Of a DNA stretch of 64,000 bases, positions 38,101 through 50,611 are shown piece by piece. Below the pieces are notes generated by a model. That model searched no databases, was not told where the DNA came from, and was given only the letters and a program-made list of their open reading frames with translations. The translations under genes and the position numbers were made by a program. The number at the start of each line of letters is the position of its first letter. Positions within the stretch are counted from its first letter, which is position 1. The DNA is from Phoronis australis (lineage: Eukaryota > Animalia > Phoronida): the NCBI GenBank assembly GCA_002633005.1, contig NMRA01000819.1:24324-88323 (forward strand), read 5' to 3'.

Positions 38101-39885
38101 CAGATAATTGAAAAAGATATTTTCATCTGGGCAACAACCGACTGCACTGTGAACAGCCGATTGATCCTTTGTGATGTCAAAACCATCTACGAAAGCTGTC
38201 CCTGAGGTTGGAGTAACTACACATGTCAGCATGGACACTAATGTTGATTTCCCAGCACCTTGAGGCCCTAGAATGACAGAAATTTGACCTTGAAGCATAT
38301 CCACGTCCAGGCAGTTTATGGCTGCCGTGTCGTTGAAGGCCCCCACGTACTCCTTTGTTAGTCTCTGAGTCTGTATGCCAATTCGCGTATTCGGCTGTAT
38401 GGGCTCAAACAGCTCAGGAAGCCCTGTACCCAGGGGCTCTAGCCTGTGCTCCCGTGACGGTTTTCTACCGAGCCAGTACGTCCTGGTGAAGGGGAAGTAA
38501 AGCGGCTTTGGTATACCCGATGTTGGCTGCACATTTTCAAGGTACCAGGTCAGGAGCGAATAAAGTACGATATCAACAGCAAGCATGATCAAGACGATAG
38601 CAAATGACAGCTGATTTGAAAACGTTGGTTCGTTCACGTTTCCCCAGGCGAGGGGCACTTGCAACTCCAGACGCTGCGTAATGATTTCAAACGCTGTATG
38701 GAGAGCAACATTAGGAAATATGCACAGTAACCCTTTGACTGCAGCGCTGGTTGAGGAAGGATTGAACATCATTGGAACACTGGGGGCAAACGTGGCAAGG
38801 AAGATAATGAGGCTTATGAAGACAGCAGTGGAAGAAGATGTGAAGAAGGTGGTGAGGGCAAAACAAAATGTGATGGCCGCCAGGAAGTAAAGGAGCATCA
38901 ATATGAGAACTAAGAGAGCGTCAGTGCTACCCAGGAGTGGGCCATATTTGCTTATTCCAGATAACATCAATACGGAGTGTATGGTATAACTTAGAAAAAT
39001 AAGCAGGAAATATTTGAGAAAATATGCTAGCCAAATAACGAAGTTGCTGACTCCTATCATGTTGAGTTTCAGTCTGATTTTGTTCTCTTTGTCGCCGACC
39101 ACATCTTTAGAAATTGCCACGCAGTAAACAAGAAAACTACAGACTATAAGAGACGGTTGAAGAGTGGCCACGTATTCAAAAAAGTCATCGGTGCTCAATC
39201 GAGGTAAAATCATTCCCGACACTTTGGCACTGTACGTTTGATTTTGGCACATGATGGCCAAAATTGTTCTTTCGACAGCAAGCTGCAGTGTGAGAAAGCC
39301 ACTGGAGTAGTAATCACGATGGTACTTTCTTCTGTATGTCAGTCGTGCAGTGTTCAGGTAGATTTTCCCAGTTTGAAATGAGCTTTGGTCAGGTGTATAC
39401 ATCCGTATCTTGTATCGTATATCTTGTGGCATAATGTCTTCTTTCGTGATAGATGTAAACGTGACTCCACCTAAATAATCCCTACTTTCTTCATTTTCCT
39501 TTAGTCTTTCTTCAAGTGTTTCATCAGAAGACAAACCTTCGGCCTCCACCCACATTCCAATTTCGTTTATAACTCCGTCCATTATTCTCGTAGTCAATTT
39601 ATTTTGTGGCGTATACGCTATTTTCCCTGGGTAAAAGGTTATTCCATTAATATCTTTAAGGTCTGGCGGCATTTTTAAATCGCCTGACGTTCGTTCGCGA
39701 GTAAAAATTTGAGACTTGGGTGCATTTTTTTTGTCTCGCGTTGCATGCATCGACAAAGGGAGAGTTGCAATAAGCACAGGTAATAACAGCAACATACCCC
39801 CTAAAAACGGTCGACGTTTAAGTATCGCGGCATCTTTCCAAAATAACAAGTCGCCAAGTTGGAGAATTACCTTGTTACACGACAT
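35192..39885 (-). CDS. ABCA-subfamily (ABCA3-like) full transporter, exon 1 (TMD1-NBD1-TMD2-most of NBD2)
   Basis: 1565-aa ORF with ABCA-type N-terminus (LLFWKDAAILKRR), GFLTLQ, WYLENV..GIPKPLYFPF, Walker A GPQGAGKST, VVILDEPT, SLEEMY, KHMQLVSGV..YW, second Walker A GMNQTGKTT, IGYCPQ; ends at TAT AG|gtaaga donor. Confidence 0.93.
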
Positions 39886-40385
39886 TTTCTTACACTTTGC
39901 GTCAGCAAATTGGCGAAAATGTCAAACAAGTGTCACCGAGCTTCGCTATCCATCTTTGGTTAGTTTTTTTATCTCGTTTAACCCGTTTCACTCATCTTCT
40001 TCAAAACATGTAAAATTTTGTTCTTCTGATTTTGCGATAACTGACGCGTTTGTATTGTCTGCTACGAATCCCGTCACGAGAACGTAATCTGCTACTTTTT
40101 CGTGTCGTTTGATCACGGGAATACAATATAACGTGAAGGCTGGATGCATAAAAGGAAACGGAGAATGCTGCAAAAGTGGAACAAACATAATATGAAATCA
40201 AGTAATTGGTGTCATAATGGGTGTTTTTTATTGCAAATCTAGCTAAAAGGCGGTGTAATATCTAATTTGTACATTTTCAGGCAACACCCGTTGAATCTAT
40301 TCAACAAAATAAAAAAGTTTGGTGAAGACCTATTGTTTTCCTTCATTCTCTACAGCAAAAGCCACATGTTATATTGGATTCAGAA

Positions 40386-41020
40386 ATACAAAATGATAAC
40401 TTCAAGAGAGCATTAAACTCGATCTAGGTGACACCAAAAACGTGTATCGAGTTTGACCTCAGTGTTTTTGTAACAATATCCAACTCACTTCTTTCCATAC
40501 TTAGAGTAAGAATGGTTTCAAGGTTTAAGAAGAAGCGTCAAGTCGTTATTGTCTGTCTCCCAGACAATATGGCCACCACTTTCGATTCAAATGACCTCGA
40601 TTTTGAAGAGCATTATACATTTACATGCATACCACAAGGGACAGGGTATGATTTTAATTCCGGAACTTGGCACTTGTTTCACCTATAACTTAAGTGAGAA
40701 AGNATACAAAATGATAACTTCAAGAGAGCATTAAACTCGATCTAGGTGACACCAAAAACGTGTATCGAGTTTGACCTCAGTGTTTTTGTAAAAATATCCA
40801 ACTCACTTCTTTCCATACTTAGAGTAAGAATGGTTTCAAGGTTTAAGAAGAAGCGTCAAGTCGTTATTGTCTGTCTCCCAGACAATATGGCCACCACTTT
40901 CGATTCAAATGACCTCGCTTTTGAAGAGCATTATACATTTACATGCATACCACAAGGGACAGGGTATGATTTTAATTCCGGAACTTGGCACTTGTTTCAC
41001 CTATAACTTAAGTGAGAAAG
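40386..41020. other. Tandem duplication around N at 40703 (likely assembly artefact)
   Basis: Two ~317-bp copies differing at a few positions. Confidence 0.88.
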
Positions 41021-44000
41021 TCAGCCTTTTGCTCCTCTCAATTGCTTCCGAAAATGTTTATGTTACTTTAGTAATGTACACCAGGGAATCTACTAATAAG
41101 TGCTAACCACTAAGAACAAACGTTACTGCTGAAACACGGTCTCCTGCTTGTTGCTGACTTGCTGTCCTTTTTATTACATTGGAAAACTTGTTATTCGATA
41201 ATAACGATGTCGGGGTCTTGTGTTCTGTGAGGTCTGTTTCGTGAAAAAGACTGAAATTTGATCTTATGTTCCCACGTCACTGTTAATGGATGTAAAGAAC
41301 TCGACCTAAATGAAAATAACATTTATTCGAAATAGTATCAAAATTTCTTTTAAATATTAAATCTATTGGTGAGTCGTTAAAATTGTATACATGTACATAC
41401 TAAAACAATATATTGTGTATAAAAATGATTTATTTGTATTCGTAATCACATGTCATTGCAACCTTAACATCTGTTTAGTAATTTATGTATTTGTGTATAT
41501 AGATTTATTTGTATTTATTTAACCCACATGCAATGCTTCTTGGCGCTTTCTGGGTCGGTATGTTGTCACAATTCTTGAATAAAGATTTAGTCAATTGATT
41601 ATAGTTTACAGAAGTAATATCAGTTAGTAGCAGTTATGTATACAATATACAAAGAAACGATGTACTTTTGCTCATGTGAGATTTAATTCTTTTTAAAAAT
41701 CATTGTGCGGAGTGTCACACACCAAATACCTGTCTTACGTCTTTTAAGACGTAAAATTCACTTTTCATAAAACAGACGCCGGAGGTCCCCAGGGGTCCGT
41801 TTTATGATAAGTGACTTGAGGACGTGAGTCAGAAATTTTATCTTACCTTACCAGTTCACATTTTATCTTACCCTACCAGTTCACATTTCTGAACACAGGC
41901 TTTACTTAATGGTAATTAGGGGCAGCCTAGGAATAAATGACATCACTATTTATCTCAATTTCATCAGTTATATGACTAGTCTCACAGTAGTCCCATCGAT
42001 CAAAAATGAACTCCAGTCGTGCTCTCCTCATTAAGAACACATACGCTATGAAGATATTGAAGCTGGTGAAAAACTAGCTCTACTACTGGCCGCCACATGA
42101 GTTGCACCGTTTCGAAAATCAACGCAACCGTGCTCACCTAAATACGTGGCAGACATTGAGCAAGAGGCAAAGAAAACGAAAAGTGTCCGTAAGTCGTTCA
42201 CAGTAGTTAGTCTCTGTCGCTGTCCAGACGTCAGCCGTGCTCTCCATGGGAAAACACCTGCCAAGATGACATGACAATTCTTCAAGCGATAGGCAGGAGA
42301 GCGAAACAGCAGAAAAAGCCAGTAAAAGGCGTAGCATGAGCCAAATCAGTCTGAAAACAAGACAGATAGTGTCGTTTCCTTGACAAAAACTTGTTAACCA
42401 TATCTCAAGAGCGTGCATCAAGGCGAAAGTAAAAACATGGCACTAGGGGACGCCTCAGTACTCTAAATCGTTTCAAAGAGCAACACCAGTCCGTAGGCCT
42501 ACTTTCCTGAACAGAAACACGTAGGGGCCCACAACAAATTTAATGAAAATTCCTCAGCGTCTTGGATCACATTGAGGCATGGGCAAAAATCGAAATTGGC
42601 TGTAGGGGTGTACTCGTCCAAAAACCAATCAACCTCTTCTTTATGGAACACGTCTGGCAAAGTGAGCGGATACGTCGAATTGAAACGAAGGACATGCTTG
42701 TTATATTTTTGTATCCTTGGGAAACATATATGAGAATCCTCTTAAATTTTTGAGGCTTTTTGAAATGAGGCAACCGTAAATGTCCAATTTTATCGTGCCA
42801 CCAGTTGTTGTAATAAACGTGTGCTATCCCAGGGCCCGGGGCCATGCGGCTGGGTAAAGTTACAAGTTTTTGCTCGAATCACACTTCGTAATTGGGCAAA
42901 TATCCCGTCTCAGGTCACATCTAAATCGTTGGTCTGTGGAGGATGAGCGCTTAACAATGGACACTTGATTTTGATACACTACCTTGCAACCTCTTCTCGG
43001 CCTTAAGGTTCTCCCGCGCCAGGTAGCACTCAGGTGCCGGTATTTCCAGTCAAATTGGGTAGAATTTTGTTAGATGCTGGTGCCTCACAAAATCATAGGT
43101 GAATTGGCGCCGTAAGCAACCATTATTGTGGAAGAGACTGTGTGTCTCACTAGTTTGAGCTCTGTTTTTCCGTTAGGCACAGAACCGAGTTCAAATCCTA
43201 GCGGCTGTCGCTGGCAAACGATCGAGCAAGATACACAAGTGTCCGATGATTCAATGAACTCCGGCCAACTAATTAGTGCAAAGGAGAGGGTGACAACATT
43301 GATATAATGCGAAAACGATATCTGGGGACTCTAATAATTATAAAAAACTATTGATGACCCAAAATGATAATTCCCTTGCAGTATGTGTCACCGTCACTGT
43401 TCATGTCCCATTCGGGTCCATAGCCTACACTTCATCCGAGCGGATGTCTGGCAGTGGCTCTTACACGTTACCGAGCCTGTTGATTATGAACACGCAGCCA
43501 GTAGACGGCATTGTTTGTTATTATGTACCATCATTTTTCAGCTGATTGAACCGACAATTCTACCTTTTGTTATCATACCTGTATGACAATCCCACATGGC
43601 CAACAATCATTTATGTTCATTTGCCCACAGCACTATAAGTGTTTTTACTCTTTATCGCTGTCCTAGTTTCCTCATCGGCAGAATCACGAACAATTTGTGT
43701 TCAAGGTCTTCTTGTTACCTACGGGGAAATTGAAGGATATTTTATTCCTAAGGCGTCAAGAAAGGTATGTGCATTTCGGTAAAACAACCACTGCCCTGCT
43801 ATATGCTATAGGTATACTTATTGCGCTGTCACGATCGTCGGCTTGGCATACATGTAAAAGTGAGCATATTTTAACCTTGCATATGATTTTCAGCAAATGA
43901 CGACAACACGAGCGCCTGACAGCTGTACTTTTAAACAATACCGAACGAACGCCTTGCAGAGATGCAGTTTTAAACAATACGATACACATTCGCTTTTAAG

Positions 44001-46408
44001 CCTATCTTTTCGTCTTGTCTTCTCCCCTTCACACGAGAAGGGAGTTCTGACTGAGTTCAAGTCTTCGGACCACAGGATCGTCAGTGGCGGATAACAAGAA
44101 TAAGGGTTCGTCATTGAGATATTGAATTTCTACAGCTTTAGGTGCTCTGCATTTATCGGTGGTTCTCGGGTACCTGCTCGTACCTCGTTGCATGATGGGC
44201 ATACATGTACAGGCCGAGCAAAACAAAAATTGGCGTTATACACGCACATTTGGAACAAGTCAACTGGTTCTACACTGTCGAGTGAGNTAAACGTGTGCTA
44301 TCCCAGGGCCCGGGGCCATGCGGCTGGGTAAAGTTACAAGTTTTTGGTCGAATCACACTTCGTAATTGGGCAAATATCCCGTCTCAGGTCACATCTAAAT
44401 CGTTGGTCTGTGGAGGATGAGCGCTTAACAATGGACACTTGATTTTGATACACTACCTTGCAACCTCTTCTCGGCCTTAAGGTTCTCCCGCGCCAGTAGT
44501 AGCACTCAGGTGCCGGTATTTCCAGTCAAGTTGGGTAGAATTTTGTTAGATGCTGGTGCCTCACAAAATCATAGTGAATTGGCAACCTTTATTGCGGAGG
44601 AGACAGTGTGTCTCACTAGTTTGAGCTCTGTTTTTCCGTTAGGCACAGAACCGAGTTCAAATCCTAGCAGCTGTCGCTGGCACTAGACGATCGAGTAAGA
44701 TACACAAGTGTCCGCTGATTCCCTGAACTCCGACCGACTAGTTAGCGCAAAGGAGAGGGTGACAACTTTGATATAATGCGAAAACGATATCTGGGGACTC
44801 TAATAATTATAAAAAACTATTGATGACCCAAAATGATAATTCCCTTGCAGTATGTGTCACCGTCACTGTTCATGTCCCATTCGGGTCCATAGCCTACATA
44901 TGAACACGCAGCCAGTAAACGGCATTGTTTGTTATCATGTACCATCATTTTTCAGCTGATTGAACCGACAATTCTACCTTTTGTTATCATACCTGTATGA
45001 CAATCCCACATGGCCAACAATCATTTATGTTCATTTGCCCACAGCACTATAAGTGTTTTTACTCTTTATCGCTGTCCTAGTTTCCTCATCGGCAGAATCA
45101 CGAACAATTTGTGTTCAAGGTCTTCTTGTTACCTACGAGGAAATTGAAGGATATTTTATTCCTAAGGCGTCAAGAAAGGTATGTGCATTTCGGTAAAACA
45201 ACCACTGCCCTGCTATATGCTATAGGTATACTTATTGCGCTGTCACGATCGTCGGCTTGGCATACATGTAAAAGTGAGCATATTTTAACCTTGCATATGA
45301 TTTTCAGCAAATGACGACAACACGTCGAGCGCCTGACAGCTGTACTTTTAAACAATACCGAACGAACGCCTTGCAGATATGCAGTTTTAAACAATACGAT
45401 ACACATTCGCTTTTAAGCCTATCTTTTCGTCTTGTCTTCTCCCCTTCACACGAGAAGGGAGTTCTGACTGAGTTCAAGTCTTCGGACCACAGGATCGTCA
45501 GTGGCGGATGACAAGAATAAGGGTTCGTCATTGAGATATTGAATTTCTACAGCTTTAGGTGCTCTGCATTTATCGGTGGTTCTCGGGTACCTGCTCGTAC
45601 CTCGTTGCATGATGGGCATACATGTACAGGCCGAGCAAAACAAAAATTGGCGTTATACACGCACATTTGGAACAAGTCAACTGGTTCTACACTGTCGAGT
45701 GAGACCTTGCGATAGCCCATAAAACCGCGTGTTTGTATTGGGGGAGTGTGTACATGTATGCAAAATTTATTATCGTCATCGACAGAGGGTTATCTCCTTA
45801 GAAAGGCGAATATTCGAGGCGTGGTTTATGGGGGATATTTTTATTGGTTGCTGAATGCGTGAACAGATAAAATGATTTTATATATCTCTGGGTATGATTT
45901 TATTCACTGCTATGCAGAAAATCGCAAGGTGTGACACTGCTTGTAAGCAATAACGAGAGACCACCTGTTGATATCTGGCCCGATTAAAGGTAAGATATAG
46001 AGGGAAATTGTGTTAGCTCTTACCACCTGAATCTCAAAATTGTCTTTAAGTTGCACACAAAAATGAGCAATCATTGTGCCAGACACAAAAATTAAATGTG
46101 TCACGTTTGAGGAAGGTACTAATTGTTTTATCATTGAATTTTATGTTAGTTTTATTTAACACCGTGGGTTCATTTAATAAAGCGTCATGGTGGCAATTAT
46201 ATATGTGTCGATATCTCACAGAACTGGACTAAAGTTAGCCTTGTTGACTGCACACTAGGCGTGCGTTCAGTAACGCTAGGACCTACGCTAGGACCTAAGC
46301 TAGCATCTAGCTAAAATCTAGCCAAAGTCACGTGTTCTCTTTTGAAATATATGACAATATCTCAAGTAATCTCGTGAAGTTTTGCTCTTAAGAGAGGTCC
46401 TAGCGTTA

Positions 46409-47068
46409 GGTGGCACTGAATAGTTAGGTTGTGGCCGTGGCCAATTTGCACTCTCAAAATGTTAAAATCTAGGGCTAGGCCAGGCTTGGGGGCATTTTTC
46501 AATTAGGTATTGTGTGTAGGCCAAGTGAATGTTTTTTTTTGTATTTGTGAACATGCTGGGAATGAAAAAAAGGCCAGTTTCTCCGGGCTGTAGCTGCACT
46601 CTTCTTGAAGATGGTGACCGCTTGTTACAGTTGTGCATTGCTGTGTAGCAACTGAGAAATTGGCCGCGATTTCAGGTAGCCCTCAAACAAGCCAGATTTG
46701 CAAAAAACTAGTTGGTTGACAGTACTTTTGGACCACATTTTTGGAATCGGTAGGAAATTTGCTTTCGGAATCTAATGTTGGCTTTAGTCGAGCATCGGCA
46801 GGAAAGTGGTGATTTTGGGGTGAAAAGTGTCGATTTTGCATTTTTTTGCCCTCATTTTTCTTAGTTCGGCTTGGTTTCCACTGGGAGTGAATGGGTCAAA
46901 AAAAAGAGAGAATAAAGTTTCTGTGCTCATCTGTAGGGCTTGTGATGTGAAATGACTCAAAACATTTCCTTATTTGCATGTAGTTTTGGACAAAGTGAAG
47001 AAAGGGTGAAGAGTGCGTTGACGTGTGTTCTGACAAGCAAACCCCTGTGAGAACTGTTCTGTGCCTCC
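46409..47068. mobile_element. 660-bp PIF/Harbinger-type MITE
   Basis: TTA TSD (46406-08, 47069-71); TIRs GGTGGCACTGAATAGTT / GGAGGCACAGAACAGTT (14/17); empty site GCG-TTA-CTGAAC at 50602-50604 in the duplicate copy. Confidence 0.85.
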
Positions 47069-47324
47069 TTACTGAACGGGAGGCAAGAGTCTTTCTCGTG
47101 AGAAAATGAGCAAGTTATACTTTGCTCCCCGACTTCCGGTCACCATTAGCGGATATTAGAGCTTAGCCAAGCAAAATGAACAATTATAATACCACAACCT
47201 AGAAATAATTTATGCAAATTATGTTAATAACTAGTAGTAATGAATATTTTCTCAGATATTTTTGCTCAAGTGAATTTTAACAATTTTACCGTATGTCAGA
47301 TCTAATTTCTGACGCAGTCTTTAA

Positions 47325-47589
47325 ATCAAAAACCGGACGATCGCCGCACAAATAAAAAAGTTCATGTTCAATTCAACGTTTCGTCTTTTCATTAGACATC
47401 CAGATAGAGTGAAGTGAGAGATACATCTTTGTATCTCTCACTTCACTCTATGGATGTTACCTGAGCTGTATGTTGGCACGTATTGTCCTAAATTGTTGTA
47501 AATATGATCCTGATGATGTCTAATGAAAAGACGAAACGTTGAATTGAACATGAACTTTTTTATTTGTGCGGCGATCGTCCGTTTTTGAT
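47325..47589. repeat. Long inverted repeat (~75-bp arms) with internal hairpin; possible Penelope-like element terminus (second copy ~50850-51118)
   Basis: ATCAAAAACCGGACGATCGCCGCAC...ATTAGACATC pairs with GATGTCTAAT...GTGCGGCGATCGTCCGTTTTTGAT; inner hairpin ATAGAGTGAAGTGAGAGATACA / TGTATCTCTCACTTCACTCTAT. Confidence 0.75.
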
Positions 47590-50428
47590 CTTATTGTGGC
47601 CAAAAACTGATTTAATTAGTCTTTAAATAATTTGCACGAAACAAACCCAGATAAATGTCACAAATGATTGAGTGCTTACGTACAGTGATATAATTTCTGA
47701 ATAACGTATTTTTCCTGTTGTAATTTCACTACTAATGTCTGCTAACCTCGCGCTACACCAGCTGGCAGTTCTAGCAACGCTTTAAAAGTCATACCAATGG
47801 AATTACTTGGAAGCCTAATGTTATAAAATTACATATGCCTGTTATTACCATGCCACAATACGTACGCCTGTTATAACCATATTCCACATTACAAGACAAG
47901 TGATGTAAGCCGATAAGTTTCTGAATGAGTAACACACGGTTGTCGTTTTAAAAGTTAAAGCTCATCGCGTCAATGTCAATGGGAAAGGCTGTCTAAAGGA
48001 CCATCTATATCGCCTAAAGCGTTAACACCGATAGCCGGGGTAGTAAGTACCGTGCTGTGGCGGTGATACAGTCGAGCGGATAACCCACATTCATACAGAA
48101 TGATCAAGACGAGTCATAATTGCGAACGTTGATATGAAAAAGTTTCCGATAACCGCCTAATACAATGCACTCGTGTTGGCCGCTATCTTAATCCACCGAT
48201 AGGCAATGTCCAATTACGTGCAATAGACAAACACCCACTTCAGTGAGCATACAGTTCTAAGGGAGTACCCCCAACTTAGTTATGGCATTCACGATTGGTT
48301 CCTCTGTCAGTTTGGCATTTTGCTCTTCAATCTATCAAAAAATTCATTTGATTTTTGCAACTTACAATCGACCTTAACTTCTTTGCTGACCCGGAATAGA
48401 AGTTATGTGTTAGCTTTAAACGACTACTCATGCCGTAGAGTTCGGCTTATCACGGCTGGTCAACTATTTCGGCCGTCGCAACAAAGAAACGACTGAGATG
48501 GGAATCCCGGGCACCCGCTACATACATTTGAATCCATGAATAAGAACGCGATGACTGCGTTGGTACATGGTAGGATAGAACGTATGAAAAAATAATAACT
48601 TTATAGGTTTTTGACCCCTGACCATATGCTGTAGGGACAAGCACTTGGATGGTTAATGTCTGCTCAACAGCAGTTGCTGTTGAACAAAATCGACTGGCTT
48701 CGGCAAAAACTCCTGTCAGAGATTACAGAGTTTTTAGTTTTTTATCTATTTCTTTAACGGTTGTTGCGAGGCGGTTGCCTGGGATTTCTTTCCTCGAGCG
48801 ACGGCGCCGAGATGCCGGTGTTTACATTTGGAGATTTCGTTTTTGCAATGAATATTGCCGGGTTAGCTGTTGCGTTGTGTTACCTAATGCAAGAGCCAGT
48901 GTTATTCTGAACATACGAGATGACTCAGATGAACCTTTAGAGTAGGCNNNNNNNNNNNNNNNNNNNNNNNNNNNNNNNNNNNNNNNNNNNNNNNNNNNNN
49001 NNNNNNNNNNNNNNNNNNNNNNNNNNNNNNNNNNNNNNNNNNNNNNNNNNNNNNNNNNNNNNNNNNNNNNNNNNNNNNNNNNNNNNNNNNNNNNNNNNNN
49101 NNNNNNNNNNNNNNNNNNNNNNNNNNNNNNNNNNNNNNNNNNNNNNNNNNNNNNNNNNNNNNNNNNNNNNNNNNNNNNNNNNNNNNNNNNNNNNNNNNNN
49201 NNNNNNNNNNNNNNNNNNNNNNNNNNNNNNNNNNNNNNNNNNNNNNNNNNNNNNNNNNNNNNNNNNNNNNNNNNNNNNNNNNNNNNNNNNNNNNNNNNNN
49301 NNNNNNNNNNNNNNNNNNNNNNNNNNNNNNNNNNNNNNNNNNNNNNNNNNNNNNNNNNNNNNNNNNNNNNNNNNNNNNNNNNNNNNNNNNNNNNNNNNNN
49401 NNNNNNNNNNNNNNNNNNNNNNNNNNNNNNNNNNNNNNNNNNNNNNNNNNNNNNNNNNNNNNNNNNNNNNNNNNNNNNNNNNNNNNNNNNNNNNNNNNNN
49501 NNNNNNNNNNNNNNNNNNNNNNNNNNNNNNNNNNNNNNNNNNNNNNNNNNNNNNNNNNNNNNNNNNNNNNNNNNNNNNNNNNNNNNNNNNNNNNNNNNNN
49601 NNNNNNNNNNNNNNNNNNNNNNNNNNNNNNNNNNNNNNNNNNNNNNNNNNNNNNNNNNNNNNNNNNNNNNNNNNNNNNNNNNNNNNNNNNNNNNNNNNNN
49701 NNNNNNNNNNNNNGGTGCTCTGCATTTATCGGTGGTTCTCGGGTACCTGCTCGTACCTCGTTGCATGATGGGCATACATGTACAGGCCGAGCAAAACAAA
49801 AATTGGCGTTATACACGCACATTTGGAACAAGTCAACTGGTTCTACACTGTCGAGTGAGATCTTGCGATAGCCCATAAAACCGCGTGTTTGTAATAGGGG
49901 AGTATGTACATGTATGCAAAATTTATTATCGTCATCGACAGAGGGTTATCTCCTTAGAAAGGCGAATATTCGAGGCGTGGTTTATGGGGGATATTTTTAT
50001 TGGTTGCTGAATGCGTGAACAGATAAAATGATTTTATATATCTCTGGGTATGATTTTATTCACTGCTATGCAGAAAATCGCTAGGTGTGACACTGCTTGT
50101 AAGCAATAACGAGAGACCACCTGTTGATATCTGGCCCGATTAAAGGTAAGAAATACATGTAGAGGGAAATGGTGTTTAGCAGTTCTTACCACCTGAATCT
50201 CAAAATTGTCGTTAGGTTGCACACAAAAATGAGCAATCATTGTGCCAGACACAAAAATTAAATGTGTCACGTTTGAGGAAGGTACTAATTGTTTTATCAT
50301 TGAATTTTATGTTAGTTTTATTTAACACCGTGGGTTCATTTAATAAAGCGTCATGGTGGCAATTATATATGTGTCGATATCTCACAGAACTGGACTAAAG
50401 TTAGCCTTGTTGACTGCACACTAGGCGT

Positions 50429-50611
50429 GCGTTCAGTAACGCTAGGACCTACGCTAGAACCTACGCTAGAACCTACGCTAGGACCTAAGCTAGCATCTAG
50501 CTAAAATCTAGCCAAAGTCACGTGTTCCCTTTTGAAATGATACGACAATATCTCAAGTAATCTCGCGAAGTTTTCAGTTGCTCTTAAGAGAGGTCCTAGC
50601 GTTACTGAACG
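50429..50611. mobile_element. ~190-bp MITE with 21-bp TIRs (the other copy, from ~46264, is interrupted by the Harbinger MITE)
   Basis: CGTTCAGTAACGCTAGGACCT ... AGGTCCTAGCGTTACTGAACG perfect inverted repeat with internal GCTAGGACCTAC sub-repeats. Confidence 0.65.

Noticed and set aside
33973-38890. Antisense and alternative-frame ORFs overlapping the ABCA gene
   Set aside because: Shadow ORFs of a long coding region with no recognisable motifs
43140-43215. GAGTTCAAATCC B-box-like motif as a tRNA gene
   Set aside because: No cloverleaf or convincing A-box; at most a decayed SINE head
48822-49876. Long ORFs of 262-325 aa (also those spanning 14309-14467 and 26676-27054)
   Set aside because: Length is due to runs of N
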